Source: an uncultured Alphaproteobacteria bacterium (lineage in GTDB: Bacteria; Pseudomonadota; Alphaproteobacteria; HIMB59). From it: a stretch of 64,000 nt of DNA. The notes below the pieces were generated by a model. That model had not been told where the DNA came from. It saw only the letters and a list, made by a program, of their open reading frames with translations, and ran no database searches. Shown piece after piece: positions 49,116-58,881 of the stretch. The DNA lies in contig CABXVZ010000002.1 of the NCBI GenBank assembly GCA_902515765.1, forward strand, positions 2,067 through 66,066, read 5' to 3'. Position numbers and translations under genes: made by a program. Each line of letters begins with the position of its first letter. Within the stretch, counting starts at the first letter, position 1.

Positions 49116-50425
49116 TTAGAAGCAACAAGTCTAGGTCTTTGTGATGCTTTAAATCCTATATCAAAGTCAGTCATAATGTCTTCCATATCCTCTAATCCCA
49201 CTGAAAATCTAATCATATCCTCAGTCAAACCTGCTAACTCTAATGATTTTTTATCCATTTGAGAGTGAGTTGCAGATGCAGGATGAATAACAAGAGACTT
49301 AGCATCACCAACATTTGCAAGATGAGAAGTAAGCTTTAGAGCATTAATAAAAGCGTGACCTGCTTCTTTACCTCCTTTAATACCAAAAGCGATCATAGAA
49401 CCCGCACCCTTTGGCATTAATTTTGAAGCTACTTTGTGATCAGGATGATCAGGTAAGCTTGGGTGGTTTACCCAGGATACATTTTGATTATTAATTAAAT
49501 AATCAAGCATAATTTGAGTATTAGATAAATGTTTTTCCATTCTCACTGATAAGGTTTCTATGCCCATTAAAATGTTGAAAGCATTTGTAGGACTCATACA
49601 AGGACCAAAATCTCTCATACCTTCTGCTCTAGCTCTCATAGTAAAAGCAGCAGGACCAAATTCCTCAGCAAAAGACAAACCGTGATACCCCTCGTATGGC
49701 TCTGTCATTGTTGGAAACTTGTTACCTTTAGTCCAATCGAAATCTCCCTTTTCAACAATGATACCACCCATGGAAGTTCCATGACCAGCCATCCATTTCG
49801 TTAATGAGTGAGTTATGATGTCAGCGCCTAAATCAAATAAGTTACATAAGTATGGTGTGTTAAAAGTACCATCTACCATTAAAGGTATGTTTGCTTCCTT
49901 TGCAATTTTAGAGATTTCAGGGATATCCATAATTTCAATACCTGGGTTTCCAATAAGCTCTCCCCAAATACACTTTGTATTAGGTTGTATTGCTTTTTTA
50001 AAACCCTCTGTATCTCTGGGCTTTACAAAAGTTGTCTCAATTCCAAATCTTTTTAATGTAAGCCTTAATAGATTAAAAGAGCCTCCATAAAGTTGAGAAG
50101 ATGAAACTACATGATCGCCAGCACTACAAATATTTAAAATTGCAAGCGACATAGCACTCATGCCTGAGGCAGTAGCTAGTGCTGCAGATCCGCCTTCTAA
50201 GGCAGCCACTCTCTCTTCTAAAACAGAAATAGTAGGATTTGAAATTCTACTATAAATATGTCCACCCTCTTCTAAATTAAAAAGAGCTGCCGCATGATCG
50301 GCATCTTGAAATAAGTATGAAGTTGTTTGGTAAATTGGCACTGCACGTGAACCAAAATTCTTATCTGGTTGGTGACCACTATGGAGTGTTTTAGTATTGA
50401 AACTGTATGTTTTTGGATCTGTCAT
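49112..50425 (-). CDS. metY: O-acetylhomoserine aminocarboxypropyltransferase/sulfhydrylase
   Basis: PIYQTTSY, YSRISNPT, HSLTKW, HLANVGDAKSLVIHPASATH. Confidence 0.88.
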   Translation of the reverse strand: MTDPKTYSFNTKTLHSGHQPDKNFGSRAVPIYQTTSYLFQDADHAAALFNLEEGGHIYSRISNPTISVLEERVAALEGGSAALATASGMSAMSLAILNICSAGDHVVSSSQLYGGSFNLLRLTLKRFGIETTFVKPRDTEGFKKAIQPNTKCIWGELIGNPGIEIMDIPEISKIAKEANIPLMVDGTFNTPYLCNLFDLGADIITHSLTKWMAGHGTSMGGIIVEKGDFDWTKGNKFPTMTEPYEGYHGLSFAEEFGPAAFTMRARAEGMRDFGPCMSPTNAFNILMGIETLSVRMEKHLSNTQIMLDYLINNQNVSWVNHPSLPDHPDHKVASKLMPKGAGSMIAFGIKGGKEAGHAFINALKLTSHLANVGDAKSLVIHPASATHSQMDKKSLELAGLTEDMIRFSVGLEDMEDIMTDFDIGFKASQRPRLVASK

Positions 50426-50485
50426 AGTAAAAATATAACAAAAAATAGAATTGTATTAAAGGCTAATTAAGAGGAAATTACTAAA

Positions 50486-51616
50486 TTAATTTAATTCTTT
50501 ATTTGAATAATTCTTCCACCAGTGATCATTTGGAGGTTTTGATACAGCAAATATTTCTCCTATCATGGGAGTGGAAATATTAACTTCTCTTCTTTTAGCT
50601 TCAGTCGTTAATCTAATTATAGGTTCATCCCATGTATGAATTGAAAGATCAAATTTAGCCCAGCTTATTGGAACAAATAAATTTGTATTAAGATCTATGC
50701 TAGACTGTACTACTTCATATGGAAACATATGAACGTCTGCCCAGTTAGAGTTATAACCCCCACATTCAATAAAAGCTATATCAAATGGACCATAATCTTT
50801 TCCAATTTCTTTAAAAATATCTGAGTATCCACTATCACCACTAAAATATATATTCAAATCTTCAGATTTTATGACCCAAGATCCCCATAAAGTTTTGTTT
50901 CGATCAGTAAAGCTTCTCCCGCTAAAATGTTGTGCAGGATTTAATATAAAATCTACTCCTTGGTAATTTTTAGTTTCGTACCAATCAAGCTCAGATATTT
51001 TTGAGTGATCTATCCCCCAACTTGTTAAATGTCCTTTAACACCTAATGGAACAATAAAATGGTCAATTATATTAGAAAGTTTATTCATAGCCTTAGCATC
51101 TAAATGGTCGTAGTGATCATGGGATAAAATAACAACATTAATTTTAGGTAGATCTTCAATGTCAGTTGTATTTTCATATTGAAAGGCTTTTCCTAAAATA
51201 GGAATAGGTGATGCTCGATTAAAAACAGGATCAGCCATAATTTTTAAACCACCAGTATTCATCAAAACTGTAGAGTGACCTAGCCATGAAAAATTAGAAT
51301 TTTTAAATTCAATTTTATTAAATAAAATTGATGGAAGAGGTCTTGAGGGATTTTTACCTTCGGGTGGAAAAAACCAATCTTTTAATGAAGGATCTTTAGA
51401 GATAGGTTTATTTTTATCAATTTTAAATTTTGGTATCTTGTAAATATTTACAAAACCATCTGTTAAATAATGATCTGAATTATTAATATTTATTTGAGAT
51501 TTTTTATCTGAGGTTCCTCCAAATTGGTAATACGTCTTAAAAAAAATAAATATAGCTATAAATAAAATAACTATAAAAAAAGAGATGTACTTTAATATTC
51601 TAAATGTTAATAACAC
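50486..51616 (-). CDS. MBL-fold hydrolase, RomA/NAPE-PLD-like, membrane-anchored
   Basis: WLGHS, SHDHYDHLD, QHFSGR, GDSGY. Confidence 0.88.
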   Translation of the reverse strand: MLLTFRILKYISFFIVILFIAIFIFFKTYYQFGGTSDKKSQININNSDHYLTDGFVNIYKIPKFKIDKNKPISKDPSLKDWFFPPEGKNPSRPLPSILFNKIEFKNSNFSWLGHSTVLMNTGGLKIMADPVFNRASPIPILGKAFQYENTTDIEDLPKINVVILSHDHYDHLDAKAMNKLSNIIDHFIVPLGVKGHLTSWGIDHSKISELDWYETKNYQGVDFILNPAQHFSGRSFTDRNKTLWGSWVIKSEDLNIYFSGDSGYSDIFKEIGKDYGPFDIAFIECGGYNSNWADVHMFPYEVVQSSIDLNTNLFVPISWAKFDLSIHTWDEPIIRLTTEAKRREVNISTPMIGEIFAVSKPPNDHWWKNYSNKELN

Positions 51617-51619
51617 TAA

Positions 51620-53344
51620 TTAGTAATTTGTAATCCACATAGTTTGATAGGCTTTCAGAGTAACTGTTGATTTAATATCAATAATAATTTCATTAGAGAT
51701 TAAATCCCACCATTCGTTTGAGGAAATTAAATTAAGTTCTGACAAATCTAAATATTGAAAAACGTTTGTCACATTGCTTATACAAAAAATTGATTGTCTT
51801 TTATCATGACTTTGTCTCCAAAAACCAAAAAAATTTTTTCCAAGATTAAATGTAAATTGTGTAGCATTAGGATGAAAAGCAGTTTGATTTTTTCTAATCT
51901 CAATTAATTTTGATAATTGATGAAAAATCTTTGAGTTATTTGTTTCTTTATTAGTTATTAATTTATCAATTTCGTCATACTTCCATGATCTTCTGTTTAT
52001 AGATCGATTATTATTTGTTTCTTTAACTTTTTCATAATCATTTGATGTGCCCAAAATACTATGTATATAAAACGCAGGTATTCCCTCGAGGCCCAACATT
52101 ATTGAGTGACAACAAATGAATCTTTCGATTTGCATATGATCACTACCTTGAAATGTTCCTTTCAATGCATCTATTAAAGAAATATTTATTTCATAGACTG
52201 TCTCTGTATTATCTTCTTTTTTTCTTTTAGTTGTTCTAGCACCATAGTCAGTCATAATATCAACTAAGGTTCTTCTCTCCTTATCTGTTAAGATACCTTC
52301 AGTTGGTCTAAGACCAATACCATCGTGAGAAGCTATAAAATTAAAATAAGAAGTATTATCTTTTGCAGGAGGCATACCCATTGACCATTTTCTAAGAGCA
52401 GTGCTGTCTCCCATTACAAGAGTCCATAATAACAAAGGTGGCAGAGCAAAATTATATATAGCATTTGCTTCGTCATTTTCTCCAAAGTAACTAAGATTTT
52501 CTAAATTAGGTAAATTGGTTTCAGTAATAAGTAATGTATTTTTACTATAAGCGTTTAAAAGTGTTCTTATTAATTTAACTATTTCATGTGTCTGAGGTAA
52601 ATTTAAACAATTTGTACCAAGCTCTTTCCACAAAAAAGCAATAGCATCTAATCTAAATACTCTAACTCCATTTTTAAGGTATAGGTGAATTAATTTAATA
52701 AAGAAAAAAAGAACTTCAGGATTCTTAAAATTAAAATCTACTTGATCATGACTAAAGGTGCACCATAAATAATAAATTTCATCGTTAATTTTAAATTCTT
52801 GAAATAATTCTGAACTTCTAGGACGAATTACTTGATCATATCCTTGCTTATTTTTTAGTTTTATAAAAAAATTTTTAGACTTATCTTCATTACTTGTAAA
52901 ATCTTTAAAATATTTACTTTCTATTGATGCATGATTAATAACAATATCACTCATAATTCTAAAATTTTTTGACAGCGATTTAATGTCATTCCAATTACCT
53001 AAATCAGATCGTACCTCTTCGTAATTAGTTATTGAGAACCCATCATCTGAACTGTAGGGAAAAAAAGGAAGGATATGAACATTATTAAATTGTTTTTTAC
53101 AAAACTTTTCTAAAAAATTACTAAGAGTTTTGAGTTTTTTATCGTTGTTCTCGTATATTGAGTCTCCATAAGAAATTAAAAAAATATCTTTTTGCGACCA
53201 ATTAGGTTCAGATATGCCAAGATCTTTGTTTTGAAATAAATCTAGGACTCTATTAATAAGCTTTAAAATCTCATTTTGATCTAAAATATCCTTATAAATA
53301 ATTTGGAAATGTACGTTTAAGTTATTTTTTAATTCTTCTTGCAA
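51620..53344 (-). CDS. GH13_18 phosphorylase, probably glucosylglycerate phosphorylase
   Basis: HILPFFPYSSDDGF, WCTFSHDQ, RLDAIAF, ITETN, ASHDGIG, YEIN (TETN/YEIN loops are GGaP-type). Confidence 0.82.
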   Translation of the reverse strand: MQEELKNNLNVHFQIIYKDILDQNEILKLINRVLDLFQNKDLGISEPNWSQKDIFLISYGDSIYENNDKKLKTLSNFLEKFCKKQFNNVHILPFFPYSSDDGFSITNYEEVRSDLGNWNDIKSLSKNFRIMSDIVINHASIESKYFKDFTSNEDKSKNFFIKLKNKQGYDQVIRPRSSELFQEFKINDEIYYLWCTFSHDQVDFNFKNPEVLFFFIKLIHLYLKNGVRVFRLDAIAFLWKELGTNCLNLPQTHEIVKLIRTLLNAYSKNTLLITETNLPNLENLSYFGENDEANAIYNFALPPLLLWTLVMGDSTALRKWSMGMPPAKDNTSYFNFIASHDGIGLRPTEGILTDKERRTLVDIMTDYGARTTKRKKEDNTETVYEINISLIDALKGTFQGSDHMQIERFICCHSIMLGLEGIPAFYIHSILGTSNDYEKVKETNNNRSINRRSWKYDEIDKLITNKETNNSKIFHQLSKLIEIRKNQTAFHPNATQFTFNLGKNFFGFWRQSHDKRQSIFCISNVTNVFQYLDLSELNLISSNEWWDLISNEIIIDIKSTVTLKAYQTMWITNY

Positions 53345-53345
53345 T

Positions 53346-54557
53346 TTAGGAGTTATCTTCCATAACTGCTTCCCTAAAAGATCTCAAAATAGAAGGATTT
53401 GCACTATCTACTCTCCTCCAGGTTGGAATATTCGGATTTTCACTTGGTGATTCCAAAAATATTTTCCCTGCTTCAATAATATTTTGTGCAAAAAGTTCCA
53501 CCATCTCCTCTTCTTTGTGTACATCAAAGATCAATCCATTCATCTCAGCATCAGTTTTATAAATCTGAACCATGTCTAATGCCAACCTGTAATAAGTTGC
53601 TTTTAAAGATCTAAATTTTTCATTAGAAAATACATGGCCTTGAGTAGCTAATTTTCTAAACAAAGCCTTAGAAATATCCATTGTCATTTTTGATAATCCC
53701 TTTTGACGATTGTTTTTAGAGATTTCTTGGTGTTTGTGCTCATATGTGTCAGCTATATCGACCTGGCAAATCTTGTTATTAGCAAAGTTTCTATACATCT
53801 CAGATAGAATTCCAATTTCTAATCCCCAGTCATGGGGAATTCTTATGTCATTAAGTAAATTATACTTAAATGAAAATTCTCCTGCTAAAGGATATTTAAA
53901 AATATCTAGAAAGTTTAAATATTCATTATATCCAACCATTTTTTGTAATGACTTTACTAAAGGAGTCACTAGTAATCTTGTGACTCTCCCGTTCATGGTT
54001 TTATGAGCAACTCTTGGATAAAAACCTTTACAAAAATCAAATGAAAACTTTGGATTTGCAACTGGATAAAAAAGTTTAGCAACTAAATTTTTATCATATG
54101 TAACTATATCACAATCATGCATTGCAACAGATCCTGACTCTCTCAAGGAAATAACAAATCCCATGCAATACCAAATGTTCCTACCTTTTCCTTTTTCGAT
54201 AGGAGAGAGATTCATTAAAGATAATTCTTGGTGAATTTTTTTTAATTTAGGTCCATCATTCCAAAGAATGTATGTATTTTGAGGAAGTATTGAGAAAAAT
54301 TTTTTAGCTTTATTAAATTCTTGTTTGCTTGCTTGGTCTAAACCAATAACTATATTTTTTATGTATTTTACTTTTTTTAGAGTGTTGACAATATAAGTAA
54401 GAGCAGGTTTCTCTAATTCTGAATATAACGATGGTAATATTAGTGTCATTGGTAAAATTTTTGAGAATGATAATAATTCTTTTTCTATTTCTTCAATAGA
54501 TTTAGTATTAAAGTTATGAAGAGTAGCTATTACACCGTTTTGATGAAAATCAGGCAT
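53346..54557 (-). CDS. gpgS: glucosyl-3-phosphoglycerate synthase
   Basis: MPDFHQNG, GKGRNIW, HDCDI, GRVTRL, YPLAGE, DWGLEIG, YEHKHQ; gene context. Confidence 0.85.
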   Translation of the reverse strand: MPDFHQNGVIATLHNFNTKSIEEIEKELLSFSKILPMTLILPSLYSELEKPALTYIVNTLKKVKYIKNIVIGLDQASKQEFNKAKKFFSILPQNTYILWNDGPKLKKIHQELSLMNLSPIEKGKGRNIWYCMGFVISLRESGSVAMHDCDIVTYDKNLVAKLFYPVANPKFSFDFCKGFYPRVAHKTMNGRVTRLLVTPLVKSLQKMVGYNEYLNFLDIFKYPLAGEFSFKYNLLNDIRIPHDWGLEIGILSEMYRNFANNKICQVDIADTYEHKHQEISKNNRQKGLSKMTMDISKALFRKLATQGHVFSNEKFRSLKATYYRLALDMVQIYKTDAEMNGLIFDVHKEEEMVELFAQNIIEAGKIFLESPSENPNIPTWRRVDSANPSILRSFREAVMEDNS

Positions 54558-54559
54558 TT

Positions 54560-55393
54560 TTAAAAAATTTTAACCTCAAGTGTTTTGTTTAATCTAATAA
54601 TTAACTGACTCCAACCATTTGGCGCTAGCTTTGAAGATTTATAAATATTCTTTTTGTTAGATCGCAATTTAGGAAAGACTCCTGATGAGTTTTTTATTAA
54701 ACAAGCGTGTGTAGCTGAATTAAGCATTTCTATATCATTTTTACTATCACCTAAAACAATAGTATTTTTAGAGTATGTATCATGAAATTGAATATCATAT
54801 ATATGAGATATTAGCTTTTTAGCTATTCTTTTGTTGCATATAGATGATATTTGCATGAATCTACTACCTTGTATAAGAACTCCATCTTTTTCTGATTTAA
54901 GATCATTTTTAAATTCCTTTAAATTTAAGAAACTATCCTTCCAAATAATAAGCTGACTAGCCTCTCTATTGAGCATTTTACTGGTATTGACAAGGTTTGT
55001 GTATTTTTTCAAATCCTTAATTGGAAGATCTTGAGCTATTAAAAATTTAAAAGTTTTTTGTTTTTTTAATAAATATTTATACCAAATCTTAGATGACAGT
55101 TTAGCAATTCTAATTTTCCAATATCTACCATAATCAGATGAATTTTTATTTTTTTTAAATCGATTTTTAGGAAAATATAAAACTGCTCCATTTTCAGTGC
55201 TAAAGGGCATATTAGTTAAATTTAATTCTTTTAATAAATTTGTAGATTCACTAAAAGTTTTACTTGTATTAAAAATAATTTCGTTTTGATTACTAACAAT
55301 ACGTGAAATAAGTTTTTTATTATTACCGTAGGAATAATTTTCATGATCTAGTAAGGTTCCGTCAAGATCAGTAAAGATCAAATACCTTTTCAT
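54560..55393 (-). CDS. gpgP: glucosyl/mannosyl-3-phosphoglycerate phosphatase (HAD IIB)
   Basis: FTDLDGTLLD, TSKT, ENGA, LGDSKND. Confidence 0.82.
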   Translation of the reverse strand: MKRYLIFTDLDGTLLDHENYSYGNNKKLISRIVSNQNEIIFNTSKTFSESTNLLKELNLTNMPFSTENGAVLYFPKNRFKKNKNSSDYGRYWKIRIAKLSSKIWYKYLLKKQKTFKFLIAQDLPIKDLKKYTNLVNTSKMLNREASQLIIWKDSFLNLKEFKNDLKSEKDGVLIQGSRFMQISSICNKRIAKKLISHIYDIQFHDTYSKNTIVLGDSKNDIEMLNSATHACLIKNSSGVFPKLRSNKKNIYKSSKLAPNGWSQLIIRLNKTLEVKIF

Positions 55394-56241
55394 TTGTATA
55401 TAATCTTTTTCATTTTTTGGTTTTTATCTAATGTAATTAAAATATTACAAAAGTTAGGGCAAGTTAGTGACATCCATTTAGATAATTTTTCATAATATTG
55501 AATAAATAGATAGAGTTTCTTTTTAAGATTATTATCACTTCTCAAAGAGCGAAGACCTAATTCTTGTTTATATTTCCAATTAATAACATATTGCCAACTA
55601 GGTAGTTTAATAAAAATATAATAATTAAACTCATTAAAAAGTTTCTGGTATTCAATTAAGGATTTATTGTAAGCCGTTCTCCATATCATATTAGGATCAT
55701 TTATTTTTTCCAAGTCATTGATATTTTTTTTTAAATATTTAATGTTAATTGGTTTTGAGCCAACACACCACCCTTCTAAAATTATTAAATCTGCTTCATT
55801 AATTTTTCTTTTATATTTCTTCTTATTATCAGTTACCTTGTCAAAGATCGGGATATACACTGGAAATTTATTTCTTTTCAATTTATCTACAGTTTCACTA
55901 AGTAATTCTAAATTGTGGGTGCTTGGAACACCTCTAGTATCAAATAAATTAGATTTGAATTTTTTTGCCAATTGTTTCCTTTGATGAGATGATAAGTAAA
56001 AGTCATCAATACTAAGAATAACCACGTTCTTAAAATAAAATTTTTTAAAATATTTTTTAATTTGTATTGATAATGTTGATTTACCAGAACCTTGTGATCC
56101 TGCTATCATTAATGTTTTTTTATTTTTAATTTGGTTAAATAAATCAATGTATGATTTACATATTTTATTAGATATGTCAGATCCAGTAAGCTCTTTGTGA
56201 GATAGTGTTAAGAAGTCTAACTTTTTTTTAATATCAGACAT
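55390..56241 (-). CDS. D-glycerate 3-kinase-like P-loop kinase (GLYK type)
   Basis: GSQGSGKST, SIDDFY, TRGVPSTH, PIFDK, EGWCVG. Confidence 0.78.
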   Translation of the reverse strand: MSDIKKKLDFLTLSHKELTGSDISNKICKSYIDLFNQIKNKKTLMIAGSQGSGKSTLSIQIKKYFKKFYFKNVVILSIDDFYLSSHQRKQLAKKFKSNLFDTRGVPSTHNLELLSETVDKLKRNKFPVYIPIFDKVTDNKKKYKRKINEADLIILEGWCVGSKPINIKYLKKNINDLEKINDPNMIWRTAYNKSLIEYQKLFNEFNYYIFIKLPSWQYVINWKYKQELGLRSLRSDNNLKKKLYLFIQYYEKLSKWMSLTCPNFCNILITLDKNQKMKKIIYK

Positions 56242-56251
56242 GACTATATGT

Positions 56252-56328
56252 TGGCGCGCTCTGCAGGATTCGAACCTGCGACCCTCTGCTTAGAAGGCAG
56301 ATGCTCTATCCAGCTGAGCTAAGAGCGC
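56252..56328 (-). tRNA. tRNA-Arg(TCT)
   Basis: Minus strand GCGCTCTTAGCTCAGCTGGATAGAGCATCTGCCTTCTAAGCAGAGGGTCGCAGGTTCGAATCCTGCAGAGCGCGCCA, 77 nt. Confidence 0.97.
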
Positions 56329-56392
56329 ATTAATTGCAATATTTATCACTTCACCTTTAGTTTTTCTACATTAATATGCATTGATTTTATAA

Positions 56393-57169
56393 ATGAGCGA
56401 AATTTTAGTAAAAGTAGAAAATGTTATTAAGACATTTGGTGGGTTGGTAGCTTTGAATAGTTGCTCTTTAGAAATCAAGGATAAATCTATAACTGGAATA
56501 ATTGGTCCCAATGGATCAGGAAAAACTACATTATTTAATGTAATAACGGGTAACTTAAAACCTGATAGTGGCAATATTTTTTATAATGGAATTGAAATTA
56601 CCAATACTGAGTCGCATGAACTATTCCATTTAGGTATGTTAAGAACATTTCAAATAGCACATGAGTTTACAAATATGACAGTAATAGAAAATTTAATGGT
56701 TGTTCCAGGTAATCAGAGAGGAGAGAAACTACTCTACTCTTTAGTTAATTCCAAAAGAATAAAAAAAGAAGATGAAGCTATTAAAGAAAAAGCAATTGAC
56801 GTATTACAATTTTTAAAAATTGAAAATTTAAAAAATGAAAGAGCAGGAAATTTGTCTGGAGGACAAAAAAAATTACTAGAATTAGCTAGAACAATGATGG
56901 TAGATGCAAAAATTGTTTTTTTAGACGAGGTTGGTGCTGGAGTTAATAAAACTTTATTAAAAGAAATCAGTGAGTCAATTTTAAAATTAAACCATGATAA
57001 AGGTTATACCTTTTGCATGATCGAGCATGATTTTAATTTTATTAGTGAGCTTTGTGATCCTGTAATAGTTTTAGCAGAGGGCTCTGTTCTTTTTAAAGGA
57101 ACGGCTCAAGAAGTAAGAAAGAATGAAGAGGTCATTGAGTCTTACTTAGGTAAGGGTCTAAAGAAATAA
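56393..57169 (+). CDS. branched-chain amino acid-type ABC transporter ATP-binding protein (LivG-like)
   Basis: FGGLVAL, GPNGSGKTT, LSGGQ, IEHD. Confidence 0.93.
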   Translation: MSEILVKVENVIKTFGGLVALNSCSLEIKDKSITGIIGPNGSGKTTLFNVITGNLKPDSGNIFYNGIEITNTESHELFHLGMLRTFQIAHEFTNMTVIENLMVVPGNQRGEKLLYSLVNSKRIKKEDEAIKEKAIDVLQFLKIENLKNERAGNLSGGQKKLLELARTMMVDAKIVFLDEVGAGVNKTLLKEISESILKLNHDKGYTFCMIEHDFNFISELCDPVIVLAEGSVLFKGTAQEVRKNEEVIESYLGKGLKK

Positions 57170-57870
57170 TGTTTTTTTCTGCTAATAATCTTACTGGCGG
57201 TTATGGTGGTGTAAACATAATTGAGGATTGTTGCTTTAACGTTAATAGAGGTGAAATAGTTTCAATATTAGGACCTAACGGTGCTGGTAAATCAACAGCA
57301 ATGAAAGCAATGCTTGGAATTTTAGATTTAAAAAATGGTGAAATTAACTTAAATGGTAAAGACATAACTAATTTAAGGACACAAGACAGGATCAAACAGG
57401 GGATATCATTTGTTCCTCAAAATAAAAATATATTTACTGAACTAACAGTTGAAGAGAATCTTGAAATGGGTGCCTTTTTAAATGAAAAAAATATAAGTTC
57501 TAAAATTGAGGAAATGTATGAACTCTTCCCCATTATCAAAGAAAAAAAGAGTCAAACAGCGGGAGAACTATCTGGTGGTCAAAGACAGCAAGTAGCAATA
57601 GCCAGAGCTCTTATGACAGACCCAGATGTTTTAATGCTAGATGAACCCACAGCTGGGGTTTCACCTGTTATTATGGATGAAATATTCCAACATGTGCTTA
57701 ATATTAAACAACAAAATATAGCCATATTAATGGTAGAACAAAATGCAAGGCAAGCATTAGAAATTTCAGATAGAGGGTATATTTTAGTCACTGGTAAAAA
57801 CGCTTACGAGGGCAAGGGTGACTATCTGTTAAATGATAAAGAAATAAGAAAAGCATTCTTGGGTGGTTAA
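57169..57870 (+). CDS. ABC transporter ATP-binding protein (LivF-like)
   Basis: GPNGAGKST, LSGGQ, LDEPTAG, VEQN. Confidence 0.93.
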   Translation: MFFSANNLTGGYGGVNIIEDCCFNVNRGEIVSILGPNGAGKSTAMKAMLGILDLKNGEINLNGKDITNLRTQDRIKQGISFVPQNKNIFTELTVEENLEMGAFLNEKNISSKIEEMYELFPIIKEKKSQTAGELSGGQRQQVAIARALMTDPDVLMLDEPTAGVSPVIMDEIFQHVLNIKQQNIAILMVEQNARQALEISDRGYILVTGKNAYEGKGDYLLNDKEIRKAFLGG

Positions 57871-58881
57871 ATGGATTTTTTAAATGCAATTATACTTATA
57901 AGTAATTTTATTATTGTTCCTGCAATTACATATGGATCTCAGTTGGCTCTTGGAGCTATAGGTGTAACACTCATATACGGTGTATTAAGATTTGCTAATT
58001 TTGCCTATGGAGATTTGATGGCCTTTGGAACTATGATTGTAATTTTAACTACTTGGTATCTTCAATCATTGGGGGTGACGTTTGGTTTTTTACCTACAGC
58101 TCTCCTTGCTCTGCCAATAGGCATCATTGTTACAATAGCTATCAGTCTATTTTTTGATAAAACGGTCTTTGAATATTATCGAAAGAAAAAAAGTAATCCT
58201 GTTACTTTTATCGTTGTGAGTCTTGGTCTTATGTTTGTATTAAATGCATTAGTAAGGATAATAATTGGTCCTGGAGATGTAAATTTCATGGATGGTCATA
58301 AATTCATTATGAAAGCAAGAGAGTTCAAAAATATTACAGGACTGAATGAAGGATTAGCTATCAAATCTACACAACTAATAACATTAATAACAACCGTTAT
58401 CACTTGCTCTCTTCTATTCTATTTTTTAAATAAAACTAAAACTGGAAAATCTATGAGAGCTTATTCTGATAATGAGGACTTAGCTTTATTATCTGGTATA
58501 GATCCAAAGAAAATAATTATAATAACTTGGGTAATAGTATCAATACTTGCAACTATTGGTGGAACTCTCTATGGTCTAGACAAAAGTTTTAAACCCTTCA
58601 CTTACTTTAATAATTTATTACCTATATTTGCGGCAACTATTGTGGGAGGAATAGGAAACCCTCTTGGGGCTTTCTATGGAGGTTTCTTAGTAGCATTTTC
58701 TGAAATAACTCTTACTTACGCATATAAAAAATTCTTTAAATACCTTTTACCTGAAAATCTTGAACCAAATACACTTATACAATTTATTTCTACTGATTAT
58801 AAGTTTGCTATATCGTTTGCAATTTTGGTTATAGTTTTAATCTTTAGACCTAATGGAATTTTTAAAGGTAAAGTTATATGA
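57871..58881 (+). CDS. ABC transporter permease (LivH-like)
   Basis: GVTLIYGVLRFANFA, GKSMRA, IVGGIG, RPNG. Confidence 0.92.
   Translation: MDFLNAIILISNFIIVPAITYGSQLALGAIGVTLIYGVLRFANFAYGDLMAFGTMIVILTTWYLQSLGVTFGFLPTALLALPIGIIVTIAISLFFDKTVFEYYRKKKSNPVTFIVVSLGLMFVLNALVRIIIGPGDVNFMDGHKFIMKAREFKNITGLNEGLAIKSTQLITLITTVITCSLLFYFLNKTKTGKSMRAYSDNEDLALLSGIDPKKIIIITWVIVSILATIGGTLYGLDKSFKPFTYFNNLLPIFAATIVGGIGNPLGAFYGGFLVAFSEITLTYAYKKFFKYLLPENLEPNTLIQFISTDYKFAISFAILVIVLIFRPNGIFKGKVI

Noticed and set aside
50426-56328. Delimited genomic island at tRNA-Arg
   Set aside because: No duplicated tRNA fragment or integrase was found by eye; reported only as adjacency.
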